Part shown: positions 12,330 through 24,870 of the stretch, piece after piece | Numbering within the stretch: position 1 is the stretch's first letter | Layout of the letters: every line of letters begins with the position of its first letter | Virus record (IMG/VR): IMGVR_UViG_3300037484_000435 | Coordinates: 416,001-480,000 of that record | Length of the DNA stretch: 64,000 nt | From: a virus | Taxonomy: Duplodnaviria; Caudoviricetes | Direction: 5' to 3' (one strand) | Position numbers and translations under genes: made by a program | Notes under the pieces: generated by a model | Told to the model about the DNA's origin: nothing | Database searches by the model: none | The model's input: only the letters and a program-made list of their open reading frames with translations

Positions 12330-13502
12330 ACATCTACATTGCTCTAATTGTGGAGAATACACAGTAGAGTATGGCCCTGTGCAACCTTGGGGGGAACGTT
12401 CCCGTTGGTGTCCTGATTGTGCTGAGGAAGGTCTACGAAATTTGAAAAACAAAAGAGAACGCGTTGCTAAAGAATTAGAAGACTTGGATAAACATATTTT
12501 GGATTCCCAAGAAAGTATGATTAGAACGCAAGAATTAACTAAACAAGCTAAATATGAAAAGGCAAGACGATGATTGACAACACATTCAAAGACCTAAATG
12601 AGTGGTATGAGAATCTAAATAGAAGACTAGCTGGTGAACTTTACGGGGCAGTAGTAAGAAAATTTGATGAATTCTTTGTGGGAACTGATTGGTCAAACGC
12701 CCATTATTCCGCGGAAATATCTTCTCTAGATGAGGATACCGCCGGTATATTAGTTACTTTTGACTACCAACACCCAGATTTAATCCTACGTTGCGGCCTA
12801 TCTGTATGTAAAAATTGGCGGGGCTTTGTGTCGTCAATGCTAACAACCGATTTTGAAAAGCCATCTGGCTCATGTGGAATGCGGGCTCATTTTCGAGGAT
12901 TAGATGAGTTCTGGGAGGAGTGGCCAGAATACTCTCGTAAGGCTCTAGAGGGTAACTATTTAGTTGAGGTGACCTATGGTAAATGCTATTGGAGTGAACA
13001 GAAGGAATACCTTTCTAATTATAGCGTTACTATATCTCCCACATCAGACCCACCAGATATAATAGTAGATGGGGTAAAACATTACCGAGTAGCCAGTAAG
13101 AACATGGAAGAACGTAATATAGATTTTTGGGCCGAAAAAGCACGGATGGGCGGGATAATGGCTATTGATGATTATTTTGGGAGGACCAAATGAACGACAA
13201 AATGTTTGATGTGTTGTGGCTTTGTATCACGATATATTTCTTATGCACCATGATAAGCATGAGTATGATGGAAAGCCGCATTATGAGTCATATAGATGTG
13301 CTACAACAACAGGTATTAAGCGTAATAAAAGAAGTAAGGAAATGAAAACAGAAATTATCATACTTGCTATTGTAATGGTTATCATGATGGTCGTATCGTC
13401 AGTTACTTTCTTTTCGACAACATATCAGATTAGAAAGTTACGAACCGAACTACACCAGCTTACCGAGACTGTGCGGCAGCAACTACCGGCGAGGCCAGAA
13501 AA

Positions 13503-13994
13503 ATGAATCACAAATTAGACACCGACACACATGTATTTTTCTATGAGCAAGAATTTTATGTTCTTTCTAATTTTTCTCCCTTTAGGATTATATGGAGAGG
13601 TCTTGATTTTGATACGTCAGAACACGTTTATCATTGGGAGAAATTTCCAGATTTTACAGAAATACAGAATGCTATTTTACTAGCCCGTTCCGCCCACCGT
13701 GCCTTTAAGACTGCGGAATACTATAAAGACTTAATAAGGCTAGATTGGCATGAAGTAAAGGTTAGCGTTATGAAAGAGATATTGCTCGCCAAGATAAAGC
13801 AACACAAATATGTGGAAAAGAAACTGATGGACACAGGTGACCGCTGGTTAGTAGAAGACTCTTGGCGGGACGATTTTTGGGGCTGGGGTGAAGACGGGAA
13901 AGGACAAAATATGTTAGGTCGTTTGTGGATGGAAATCCGAGACGAGCTCAGGAGCAGAAATGATAGAGAAGATAAACCCACAAACAGCGTATAA
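13503..13994 (+). CDS. NADAR (YbiA-like) family protein
   Basis: LSNFSP, TSEHVYHWEKF, DWHEVK..MKEILLAKIKQH, LVEDSWRDDFWG, GQNMLGRLWMEIR. Confidence 0.9.
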   Translation: MNHKLDTDTHVFFYEQEFYVLSNFSPFRIIWRGLDFDTSEHVYHWEKFPDFTEIQNAILLARSAHRAFKTAEYYKDLIRLDWHEVKVSVMKEILLAKIKQHKYVEKKLMDTGDRWLVEDSWRDDFWGWGEDGKGQNMLGRLWMEIRDELRSRNDREDKPTNSV

Positions 13995-16640
13995 GTGGAT
14001 GGAACACAAACAATTAATAGATAAGATTAACGAGCTGGTGGAAGAGGTCAACCGCTTAGGCCGAGAACCCGTACCACATTATCACAGGGAGGCGGGCAAA
14101 GGAGAGCCGAATTCAGACCTTAACTGGGACCACTATGAGAGAAAGGACAAATGATAAAGAAAATAAATTACAGTGCTCATGACCGCCCGCCATCTACAGT
14201 AGAGTTAGTAGAAAAAATGGACGAGATAATAGACACCATAAATCTATTGATGGAACACGCACTCACACATCCAGTCGATTCTGGTAAACTAATGGCCAGA
14301 ACCCAACAGAAGAATGGAGAACCAAAATGACCCATAAAGAAAATGCTCTAAATAGCTTAACTTCGGCTATGCGGTTTCTAATGAAAGCCGAGACCAAGAA
14401 AGAGGGGGATGAAGCTTACGCACTGGTGCAATATGCCCTCAAAAAGTATTACGACACTATGTGGGTGCATAAAGACGGAGACCAGCGTGATTTCACGCAA
14501 GGCGGGGGCCCTCTAGTGGGTACTTACGACCAATTTCAGGAGTAATAAATGACAACTTCAGAAAAAATGCAACGGCTGTTAGATTTACCTAACAACCCTA
14601 AGCTTGAATTCATGTGTTGTGAAAATAACAACGGGTATGTCGCGATTTTTCGCATAACGTGGGAAGACCAATCTAAGGATGTCTTTATGACCTACGACCA
14701 TACCTTTACGGAAGACGGTAAAGTCGATACAACGTTTGGGCAGTCTACTATAGACGACGCGGTTGATGTGATTTTTGAAAAGGTATCGGCGGGGGTACAA
14801 CAACGCATACAAAGACACAAAGACACCGTTGTAGCCTTCTCGCGGGTAATCGACCGGATGGGCGACGGGAAATAAGAATGAAAATGTGTCTAAAAATAAG
14901 TGTTTTGCTTTTGTGGCTGTTTACTGTCCCATCCTTAGGGGCGGGCGTTGATTGTGAATATTTAGCGAGCGACACGCGGGCTCTGTGTCAACGTTTACAA
15001 GCGATAGAAGCGAAGCAAGACCAGATATTACAAAACCAAACAAAGATAAAGAAAGCCCTGATGTTGATGTCCCGCGGTATTGGCTATGCTGACGGAGATA
15101 ATACGGTAGAGAAAGTATTAAAAGAGAGGTAATTATGGGAACAACACTTAAACAAGAAACAAACCAAGACCTATTGCGGGCACTGCGGGAACATGGGTAT
15201 ACTTTGGTAAGCGTAAGGCATGAACACGACGGAAATCGTATGAGTCACTATCGCGTGGTCCACCCCGACCTACAGGGACACTTTACTATCGTAGACCGAT
15301 ATGATTACTTTGAGAACTTAGGGCAATATGGAAGATTCGATTGTAGATTTTGGGTAAATTCGGACTACGAGAAAGCAGACCGCCGCTCCGATGGGTATAC
15401 TGTACACCATGAAATTGCCCAAGAACCCGAAGAGTGCCTCACCAAAATAGACGCGTGGGCAGAGCATATAAAATCCGGTGAGGAAAAATGGATAATTGGG
15501 GAATGGCGCGAACCCGTAAGATATATCCACCCCATGAGTTTGTGTGACTTTACGTTAGCGTCTGGAGTGGAAATATGGAAGCCAGTAAAAGAGGCAGAAA
15601 TAAATGATTGAAAATATAAGAGGTAAATATGTATACTGGTCTATGAAGGTGTATGTGTGGATAACTACCCTATGGTGGAACCACATTACGAGGCAAAAAG
15701 ACATTCATTGGGATAATATGGACCCCGAACTTCGTAGACAAGTAGAGTGGCATATAAAAAGGGAATTGTAAGGAGGACCTGTATGATAGAAATAAATGGA
15801 AATCGATATGTATTTGCGCCCGAATATACGCCTTATGGCGACGGCTATACAACGAAAGATAGGTATCTAGTCGAAACGGACACGCCCCAAGAATTTTGTG
15901 ATAAGATTGCAGAAGCAGGTAGTGTTTCTAGCTGTTATCGGGTAGAAGACCACGAAGACCACATCTATTTCAATACTAACGTGAAGTCGCGGAAGGAAAT
16001 TTTTATACCTCTGGCAGAACGATATCACATTGCCCCCGAGGAATACGGCTTTGCTTGGTTTCTGATGCCATGGGGAACGGTATATGTTCACTCCTGCGGG
16101 TCAGGACCAAACGATAGTTTTTACCATTCGTATACGTGGTCTAAAGTAAAGGGCTTAACGGAACTAAAACAGACTCTATTTGGAGAGGAAGCATGAGTAT
16201 GGCATGGTTAGCCGAGCATTTTGCAGGCAAAGAAGTTACCTATACAGTGTACACTCTGAAAGGAGGAACTAAAGTATTCCCTTCCTACGTTGACTGGATT
16301 TGGGAAGTGCGTTGTAGAAAATGTGGCGAGGAAGTATTGTTAGCCCGACAAGGGTGTTTAGTTTGTGCCCTGCCTTATTATGGAGAATGCACCGAAGAAG
16401 TGCCTGGTGAAATTAAAAACAATTACCGTTGTGATCGTTGGGCACACGAATGTGGTTGGCCTTACTTCGAGCCTGATGCTTGTGAAAAAAAGAAAAGAAA
16501 ACAAGGCGTAGGGTCTTATGAGATTACATATTATGGTCCCACACCAAAGGAAGACAAATAAAAAGGAATAACCAAGGACCTTCTTTGAATTTCGAGTGTC
16601 TTATTAGATATGGTTACGATTGTTATGGAGGAGTATCAAC

Positions 16641-16760
16641 ATGTCTAAAAAGAAACCAGTGGACGACCCTGTATTGGAGCCTATAGCCCCAGTAGTGCCG
16701 GTTCCCGTGCCAGAACCTTTGGTGCCGCCCCCGAAGAAGCCTAAGCCCAAGGCAAAGTAA
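16641..16760 (+). CDS. 39-aa Pro/Lys-rich peptide
   Basis: SD GGAGGAG then ATG; MSKKKPVDDPVLEPIAPVVPVPVPEPLVPPPKKPKPKAK; fills the gap between + genes. Confidence 0.55.
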   Translation: MSKKKPVDDPVLEPIAPVVPVPVPEPLVPPPKKPKPKAK

Positions 16761-17431
16761 ATAAACGCGTTTCTTTTTCCCCCAAACAAATTAGAGAACT
16801 GTGTGGTAACAAAATCGTAGTTGACCTGCAAAAGTATTCGGTGTGTGCATAGCCATGGCCGACGACTTTTACGCAAAACTAGTTGAACAAAAAAATGAAC
16901 TCATCAAACATAGAAGAGAGCTGGAGATTTTACGGGAAGAAAAAGACGCCCAACTAAAACACGATCTCCGAGAAGTCGATAGTAAGATTAGAGATTGTGT
17001 AGAACGGATAGAAGAAGCTCAGCTAATTTATCACCAAGAACTAAAACATAAAGAACCCATAGCCGCGGGATATTATTGGGGACGAAATAAATGGCGTAAA
17101 AATCCTGAGGATTACGATATGATTATCTTGGTAACAAAACCTAATCGTAATGGTGTGCAAGAATGGTATATGATGTCCCGAGAGTTGATTGGGTGGAATG
17201 AACGAAAGGACTACGAATATACATTGGGGGAATTCATAGGGGAAGAAAGGTGAGACGCGAGACCGTAGGAGAGGCTTATGTCCGTGTCCGCCGTGTTTAC
17301 GACCGACTTAGCTGTATGATTGAACAAGACGATGGACATAACCCTGAAAGAACCCGAAGATTAAAAGCTGCCTTAGAAAGAATTGACGGAGCCCTAGATG
17401 GTATAGAATCATATTGGGAATGTTATGACTA

Positions 17432-17803
17432 ATGCCAGCAAAAAAGTATTACAGACAAAGTATAGGGAAGGGTTTGTGTTCTATTTGCGGAAAGCCCGCA
17501 CCATATGGAACTAAGTGTGGGGATTGCCAAGAACGACACAATGCCTACAAAAGAGCGAGACGACAACAGATAAAAATAAGAGCTGTAGAATATAAAGGTG
17601 GAAAATGTGAAAAATGTGGCCGAATATTCCACCCTGATGTTTATGACTTTCACCACCGAGACCCTAAAACGAAAGAGAATATAATTACACAAGTGATGGA
17701 TCGTGGATGGCCACAGACGAAAAGAGAAATAGACATGTGTGCTCTCCTATGTGCAAACTGCCATAGGATAGAGCATATAGAAATGAGAGAATCACATCCT
17801 TAG
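17432..17803 (+). CDS. HNH endonuclease
   Basis: GGKCEKCG..YDFHHRDP..LLCANCHRIEH. Confidence 0.8.
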   Translation: MPAKKYYRQSIGKGLCSICGKPAPYGTKCGDCQERHNAYKRARRQQIKIRAVEYKGGKCEKCGRIFHPDVYDFHHRDPKTKENIITQVMDRGWPQTKREIDMCALLCANCHRIEHIEMRESHP

Positions 17804-18013
17804 GTATCCTATCGGGCCGAACATGAAGAGAGGGTGGACCCCCTCCCCTAAGGCATTTTGGGAATTCAAAAGAGTATAGGGCCACCCCCTCGGTCCTATA
17901 CTTTCCTTCCTATTTATTAATTTATCCCTTCTTATATAATATTTTATCATTTCTTTTATACATTCCCCCACTTTATTACGTTCAGAACCGTAAATAAAAA
18001 GCCTTTTGTTTGT

Positions 18014-18048
18014 GGATAAAGAAAGCCTTTGGGACTTTCTTTATTTCC
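18014..18048 (-). terminator. Terminator-like hairpin at the convergence of the + and - gene blocks
   Basis: GGATAAAGAAAG..CTTTCTTTATTTCC inverted repeat; plausible in both directions. Confidence 0.6.
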
Positions 18049-18049
18049 T

Positions 18050-18620
18050 GTCACGTAGAGCAAGAGTGAGTATGACTCTTGCTCCAGTGTTTAGTCTTGT
18101 TCACGATCTACCCCACAGGAGAGGGGTTCCCTCTGCGTCCTCCTTCGAGGTTAACCACATCCCGCGTTTGAGTTACCTCTCTCGCTTTCAATGGCTACGC
18201 TTTGGCATTGAGTCAACATTACCTCCAATAGGACTCCAATCCTACCAGAGGTAATACCAACTCAAGGCAGAGATGGTGGCAAACCACCTCTGCGTTTTTG
18301 GTCTTGAGTCCCATAGACATGAGACGCCGACCTCCCTTACGCTGCCAACGTAAGGCTTTTCTGTCCCCTCTAGCATTGGCTTTGACCTGCCGTTGCTAAA
18401 GGGTTAGTCCCACGTATCTGAGTTGTCACCCCAGAGTTGCGGACAAGAAAGACCTAGCCCGAAAGCTAGTCCACCGTTCAGTGGAACAAATATCTCCAAC
18501 GTCAGGGGAATCCCCAACTGGCTCACTGCTTTTGACCAAAGGCCTACTACCCACAATGGGCAGCGGTGTCCAGTCTACTAACAGATTGCCAGAAGGTTCA
18601 GAGCCCTTCAGTTAGAGAGA
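18050..18620 (-). ncRNA. Large (~570 nt) structured ncRNA candidate, family uncertain (ROOL-class size)
   Basis: No credible ORF; stems at 18058-67/18075-84, 18218-25/18248-55, 18260-66/18303-09 enclosing 18267-72/18288-93, 18335-41/18349-55, 18454-58/18465-69, 18578-82/18611-15; bounded by a promoter-like site and a terminator. Confidence 0.65.
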
Positions 18621-18639
18621 GATTTGTTTCTTTCTCTAT

Positions 18640-18685
18640 TATTACTATTAATATATTATACGCGCGAGGAATAAAAAACCTTTCC
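18640..18685 (-). promoter_or_regulatory. Promoter-like element upstream of the large RNA
   Basis: On -: GGTTTTTTATTCCTCGCGCGTATAATATATTAAT; the same GGTT(C/T)TTT..C(C/T)CGCG..TATA pattern recurs near 21690, 22225, 23385, 23855 and 36265. Confidence 0.5.
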
Positions 18686-18723
18686 GATGTATAAGGCTTC
18701 TTATGTATTCGCGCGGGGAGTAA

Positions 18724-18765
18724 AAGAGCGTTAAAAGGTTTTCACCTCCTTTCTTTAACGCTCTT
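18724..18765 (-). terminator. Terminator insulating the large RNA unit from upstream genes
   Basis: 12-bp perfect stem AAGAGCGTTAAA/TTTAACGCTCTT, followed on - by a U run. Confidence 0.7.
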
Positions 18766-19084
18766 ATACATATGCTAGTAGTTGTATTTCTCTCTCAGGT
18801 CATCGAACATCCCAGCGTATGGGTCATCCGTTTTCCTGAACAGATCATCGTAAGCCTTCTTGTCTTTGGCTTCTCTCTCCAGTTTGTCAATCCTACCAGA
18901 ATTCCAAACAACACCAGCAGCCGCCAACAGTGTCAATGTAACTGGGTCCATAACACACCTCTCGTGTGGAATATGCGTATTACGTATTTTATAGAGGTGT
19001 CTCCCTCTACTCTTACTTAAATAACTATGACGCGCGGGGTTAGCGTAAACACGAGATGTACAGTCTCATGTTATACGCTATCCA

Positions 19085-19358
19085 TTAACTGATGTCCTTG
19101 AGGAATCTATGCAAGCCCTTCCTCATGTCTTCCCCAAGATGCCTCATATCTCGGAGAAACTTTTCATCTGCTGTTTCGGGCTCAGGTTCGGTTGCCCGTT
19201 TGATTTCGGTAACCTTATCCTCAACCTTCCTGACCACAGCTTTAATCTCGCCCCGCACAAAACGCGCGGCTTGATTGAACTGCTCAGCTTTAGACTCCCC
19301 CGCATTACTACGGCGGGCAAGTCCTTATAAGCCCATCTAGTCTTTCCAAAAACGACAT
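19085..19358 (-). pseudogene. Frameshifted hypothetical gene
   Basis: SD+ATG 19358 gives MSFLERLDGLI; a +1 shift near 19326 continues GLARRSNAGESKAEQ..FLKDIS to the stop at 19085. Confidence 0.45.
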
Positions 19359-22300
19359 TGCTATTCTCCCCTTACCCGATTTGAACTCGGGGGATCTGGA
19401 TATTGTCGATAGGCAAACCAAGTTGCTTACACTCGGACATGAGTTTCAGCAACTCTTGTTTATCTAGGGTTAGCTCTTGGGCGAGCCTGTTTATAACCAT
19501 GACCTTCTTCAAGTAGCTCTCAGTCATCTTGTTAAGTTTCTGGAGCTTTCCCCTTTTTGTTATGGCTATTCCAAACATGACACCCTCCTTCTGGGTATTG
19601 CGTTCTTTACATATTAACATTTTATATACCACACGTATACGTTCTAAATACACGCGGGTATAAGAGAGACGTTAATTAATCGCCTCCTTTCTTGTCTCTC
19701 TTATAGGTAAACTACTTGGTCTTTTCATTTACCTGCTTCTTCAGTTCCTTTGCTTTCTTGTCGACCCAGTCGGACGTTCGCTTGACGTCCTTGTTGTCGT
19801 CCTTTATCTGGGCCCATCTCGTCTCGACCTTGTTGGCCCAATCAACCAAGGCCCCTGCATGGGCGTTTACCGAGATGAAACAAAACAACACGGCCAGCAT
19901 AACGACTACTCTTTTCATTTCCCTCTCCTTTTATACCCAACGTGCATGACGCACATCAGGCGGAAGATCTAGAGGAGAACCCAAGAGAGGTTCCCTATCC
20001 AGAGTTATTACTTCAACAGGCCTGCCATACAGCATTGCTGCGATGCTGGCCTTCTCTTCGGACCCTGTTACGGCGAGGGGCTTCTCCTCACCGTGGATAG
20101 CATAGAGTGTATACATAACACACCCCTTTATCAAAACAAGGTTACGGTAGCCTTTCACTACAACTTGGAGAATACTATGTTCTCTATTATTACATAAATA
20201 TATATACGCACGTGCGTATAGAAGTACCCTTCAAGGGTTAGGGGGAAAGAAAAGAATGGTACAAGAAAAGAAATATGGCTTTATACACGCGTGGGCGGGG
20301 CTATGTTTAAAAAAGTTAGTCACTTTTTCCATAGAAGAAGTTCTCAGTGTTGTATGTAGGGTAATCTGTACAAAGCTAACGCTATTAATCTGCCTGTAAC
20401 AAGACAAACTAATAGTGTATGGGCACAAGGACGTGCCCGATAGGTACAATTGGAAGTGCGAAAGGGGTTGGATAACCAGTGTCTTAATGCTTTATTATAG
20501 TGAACGTAAAGACACACAACATATTCACTTTTATTTCTCTTGCCGCATCTTATTTTATTCTCTCTTCGACGGCTCCAACAATTTAGGAACGGAATACTAG
20601 GAAAATAAAACTAGAAGAGATACCTTTTATTATTACAGGGAGGCGTTACACGTTCACTCACACACATAATTAAATAGAAAAGCATCTATTATTTTTATCA
20701 GGGTAGTTAAATACGAGCGGTAACGAGCAACAAGATAAGAGAAAAGGCCAAAAAGAGAAAATAAAGACGAAAAAACTTAAAAAGGCTTAAATAGAGGGTT
20801 ACGAAAATTGAAAAACCGAACAAAGTGAATACAAAATCAATAAAAGAGGGAGATGGAGGAAATAAAACACAAATAATTGAAAATAAAGTGGAATTAGGGC
20901 AGCAAAATGGGAGCAAAGAGGTCCGAGAGGGGGAGGGCGCGCATCTTATATAAAAAACAGGTGGGGGATAGGATGGGAAAAGAAAACCCTTAATTTATTA
21001 TTATGTATGTACCTATATGTTTATTGTTTTTCTGTTTATCTCCCTATCGATATGCGTATGTATAATCACTACCTTTTCCATTAGTAAGTGGTAAGTAAAA
21101 TAAAAAAGCTTTTGTTTAGCTAATTATCTGTTTCGTTCCTTGTACGTGTGGGTATCAATTATGCAGTATAATCTTTAGTTTCTTTTTCCTGTTATATCCA
21201 ACAGTTGGGTATCTTGTTTTAATTGCTTATCGGGTACCTATCGGAAAAGCCTCTCTAATCAATTCTAGTCCCTTCTTATGTTCAAGTAGGTGTAGAATTG
21301 TCTTAAAGGTTTGCATCGTTCTATACCGCTTATATTAATTCTGAGGGCATATATCTATGCATATCACGGAGAACAGAAAAACCCTAAATAGAGTTAATCT
21401 GTCTATTCCACCATCCATCTCCTTTCTTCCCACATACGAGCAACTGCTTCCCAGTCACCTCGCATTATAGCTTTGGCCATGGGCAACCGAAGCTCTTGAT
21501 AGATGTAAGCCTCATAAGCTGCGTATCCCTTAAAGGCTTCCATCCTCTTCATTTTTCTTTTAGCACATTCTAGTTTCTCTTCTAGTGTGCCATACCGATT
21601 ACACTGTGTGCAATCGTGCATACGGGTCCTCCTTTCTCTCTACCTTAACATACGTGCACGTATGTTATTATTCTTTTACTCTATAATTATAAATGCGTAT
21701 GTGCGGGGACCAAAAGAACCTTAAATTATAGGTAGTCCTTTTGGTTTAGTAATTGTTCTGGTAATAATTGAGCAAAGTTATTAGGTGTTGGTCTGTAGTA
21801 CTTCTGTTGACCATCACCTGTTTCATGATTTGTTCTCCGTCAAACCATTGGGGGATTTCTCCCTTATGTGTAAACCCAAGTCTAGCAAGTTGTTTTGCCA
21901 AGTTCTCAGGTACACACACTACGAAAGGAGTATCACTAGCATATGCCTCTATTAACAGGGCCACTCCTTCTTTCCTATTCTTTGGGGCAAAGTGACTAAC
22001 CACGAATACCCCTTCAATCCACTGCCCTACCAGACAAGAGTCCATCTGATAGGGGCGATATACTATGCCACAGCCCCGCCCCAAGTGGCTAGCGAGGTCA
22101 CAGCAATAAGAAGACCCTCTCGATATGGCCTTCTCGTACCAGTCCGCTATGGAGCTGGCTTCTTCTTCTGTCTCAACAACAAAGAATCTTGTATTGTCCA
22201 TAACGGACCCCCTTTATATCCTACATGTGCGCGAGGGTGAAAAGAACCTTTCTGGAATCCGAATTAACGGTCCCCAAGGTTCTTTTCCAAATTGTGTTGG

Positions 22301-23296
22301 TCTCTAGACGTGCATTGTGCAATCGATGAAGTTCTCTCCCTCAATTGCCTGTCTCGCCATACGTTCTCGTGCGATAAGTCTTTGACGAGCGATCTGGTTC
22401 TTTCTTTGTTCTTCCGCAAGCAACTCGGCCTCATAAAGCTTTTTTGCCCGAAGTTCTTGTTGCCGAGCAACTTCCCTTTCTTCATTGACCATTCGACGCC
22501 TCTCGGCTTTGATTGCTCGGGCGTCTCTTATTTCGTCCACGCGATCCGCGATCTTCTCGTTAAGGTCGATGGCCTTGGTTACGGCCGAGTCCTTTACAAC
22601 CTTAAGCCCGTCAACAGCCTTTTCCGCCACGTATTGCACTGGAGCAACTGCGGCAAGGTCAACTATCCCAGCAGCGACCTTGACAGTCGACCCAGTGACT
22701 TTGGCTGAAGTTTCAAGGACATCCGCTACCAGATTCGCAATAAAGCTCATCGGTTTGTAGAATCTTCTCATGACATTACTCCTTCTAAAACGAACCAATC
22801 GAGATACCAGCAAAACTGGCTAGACGCACATACGCCTATTTAATTCTCTATTATCATATCAATATATTATTACGCTATACACACGCGATGTTAGGGAAAG
22901 CATTTAATTGCTAACCCATGGACATGATCGTCGTGCATGCCCCATCACCACCCAAGTTTTACTGTCATTAGGTGGACGCCCCGATCGCGCTTTTACGATC
23001 CAATCGGGAAGATCCTTGTAGATTACCAACAGGCTTCAACAACTAGAACTTTAAGCCCCCATCTACGGGCTTCAACTTCTGCCTCTAATTGCCCCAGATA
23101 GTCACGCATTTCATTTTCTGTGTAATCAAGTCCGCAGTTATTGCAAACCCAGACTTCTCCCTTTCTCTCCAATATGCCATTACGGCACCTCGGGCATTTC
23201 ATCATGTACCCCCATGTTGATCTTTTTCTATTTTGTCCTTCATTAATTATAACATGCAGGTACACGAAACCTTTTCTTTGGTCATTTTCTTTTAGT

Positions 23297-23359
23297 ACCC
23301 GATTACTATCTAACTATAGATCCTATGAAGGGTTAGTGGGATACTAACTAGGATCTATA
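23297..23359. repeat. Dispersed hairpin element, copy 1
   Basis: ACCC..TATAGATCCTA-tgaagg-GTTAG-tgggata-CTAAC-TAGGATCTATA. Confidence 0.7.
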
Positions 23360-24375
23360 TATTATATGCGACAAGTATACGTTCCGCGGGTGTGAAAAGA
23401 ACCTTTCTGAACTCCAAACAAATGGGCTCCAAAGTTCTTCTCTTGATTTGTTGTATGATCATTTGTTGTAGTATAAGCCCAATATCTGCGAATCATACCA
23501 CAGTTGTACTTCTGGACTTTGGAATCTTTCGTCTCCAAATTCATCCAAAAGGTCTTCTTTACTCGTTCTTTGAGCTTGTAAGCACAGTTGCTCAGCACGT
23601 AACGCCTCTCTTCGCCTTAACGTTAAGGCAGGAACCAAATACATCATAACACCCTCCCTTGTCATGCACGCAATAAACAATTTGTTTTGGGGCATAATCC
23701 CTCCCAATAGTTCCTTTCCCCACAAAAGGTTTACTCATTGGGGCCACCTCAGGTCTTATTGTTTGCCTAAGGCTGATACTCACACATTAATATGTTCCCG
23801 CTCCTATACAGGATTAATTTGTAATGTGCTTTCTCTATTTAAATAATAAATATATGCGCGGGTATATAAAAAACCAATCTCGTGACCACTGGGAGGGAGG
23901 GTCGGAAGGTGAGATTGGTTTTTTGGCTTTTGGTGGTAGGGACCGAGAAATTCTCGATCCCCAATGTAGCAACAATTTACAAAACAAAGGAGTTGTCATG
24001 GCAGAGACTGGGGGATCCCCTAACATCTCTACTATTTAGTATATATACCCTCAGGGTTAGTGGGAAGAAAAGAAGGTACAAGAAAAGAAAGGTTTGGGTT
24101 GTGGAGGGCCACCAGCGTGACCCTCTCCGCAGTCATGGTTTGGACTCAGGTTGGGAAAGCATGCCCCACAGGAGTAACAGTATCACCCCTAACAGCAGGA
24201 TGCCACCAATGCCATCATCCGTGGTTTCTTCGTCGTGTTCCTTCATATTCACCTCCAAGATGCCAGATGCAAAGCCCACCTACATACGCATGCATTTTTC
24301 AGGAGGGGGCGTTGCGGTCTTTTTTCTGTTGGTCGCTGGCAAATTTGTAAGGGCCTTGGTTAAGTTGTCTATTTA

Positions 24376-24870
24376 TTACTCAGGTAACCCAATATGGTCA
24401 ATGATTCCCTTCTCCTTAGCTTCTTCAGCCAAGAAATAGGTATCGGTTCTTAGCCATTCGTGGGTTTCTTCCCCAAGGCAATCACTATGGGCGACGTAGA
24501 AATCCTCGAACCTTTCGATATTTCGTTTCACGCGTTCTAAGGTTGAGGGTGCAGCATCACCATTGATATGCACGTTGTACGTGCCTCTATGTATCATTAC
24601 TTCTGCATCTGAGGACATATAGCGTCTGCCCTTGGTCCCCAGCATCAGTAGCATGGCTGCTGCACTGAACGCATAGCCTAAGCACACAGTTGTTACCGTG
24701 TGCTTCTTTGCCTCAAGCCTACGAATCAAAGGCATTGTGGCTAGAATAGCTTCACCATCTCCCCCGCCACTATTGATGATGATCGTGACATCCTCGTTTG
24801 CCTCCCATAACTTGGAAAGCAATTCCTTTTCTACATCTGTCGTGATTTCGCCTGTAATGGTGATTAACAT
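24376..24870 (-). CDS. clpP: ClpP-like protease
   Basis: IIINSGGGD, GYAFSAAAMLL (catalytic Ser), VMIHR (His), DTYFLAEEAKEKGIIDHI. Confidence 0.85.
   Translation of the reverse strand: MLITITGEITTDVEKELLSKLWEANEDVTIIINSGGGDGEAILATMPLIRRLEAKKHTVTTVCLGYAFSAAAMLLMLGTKGRRYMSSDAEVMIHRGTYNVHINGDAAPSTLERVKRNIERFEDFYVAHSDCLGEETHEWLRTDTYFLAEEAKEKGIIDHIGLPE

Larger units (their letters stand above)
29..17803 (+). other. Co-oriented block of small phage-type hypothetical genes
   Basis: About 45 abutting or overlapping ORFs (many ATGA/TAATG overlaps), GGAG/AGGAG RBS, D/E/K-rich composition; mostly not assignable. Confidence 0.8.

Noticed and set aside
23882-24439. 185-aa + strand ORF
   Set aside because: Overlaps intergenic repeats, a 37-aa - strand TM peptide gene (24133-24246) and clpP; composition looks non-coding.
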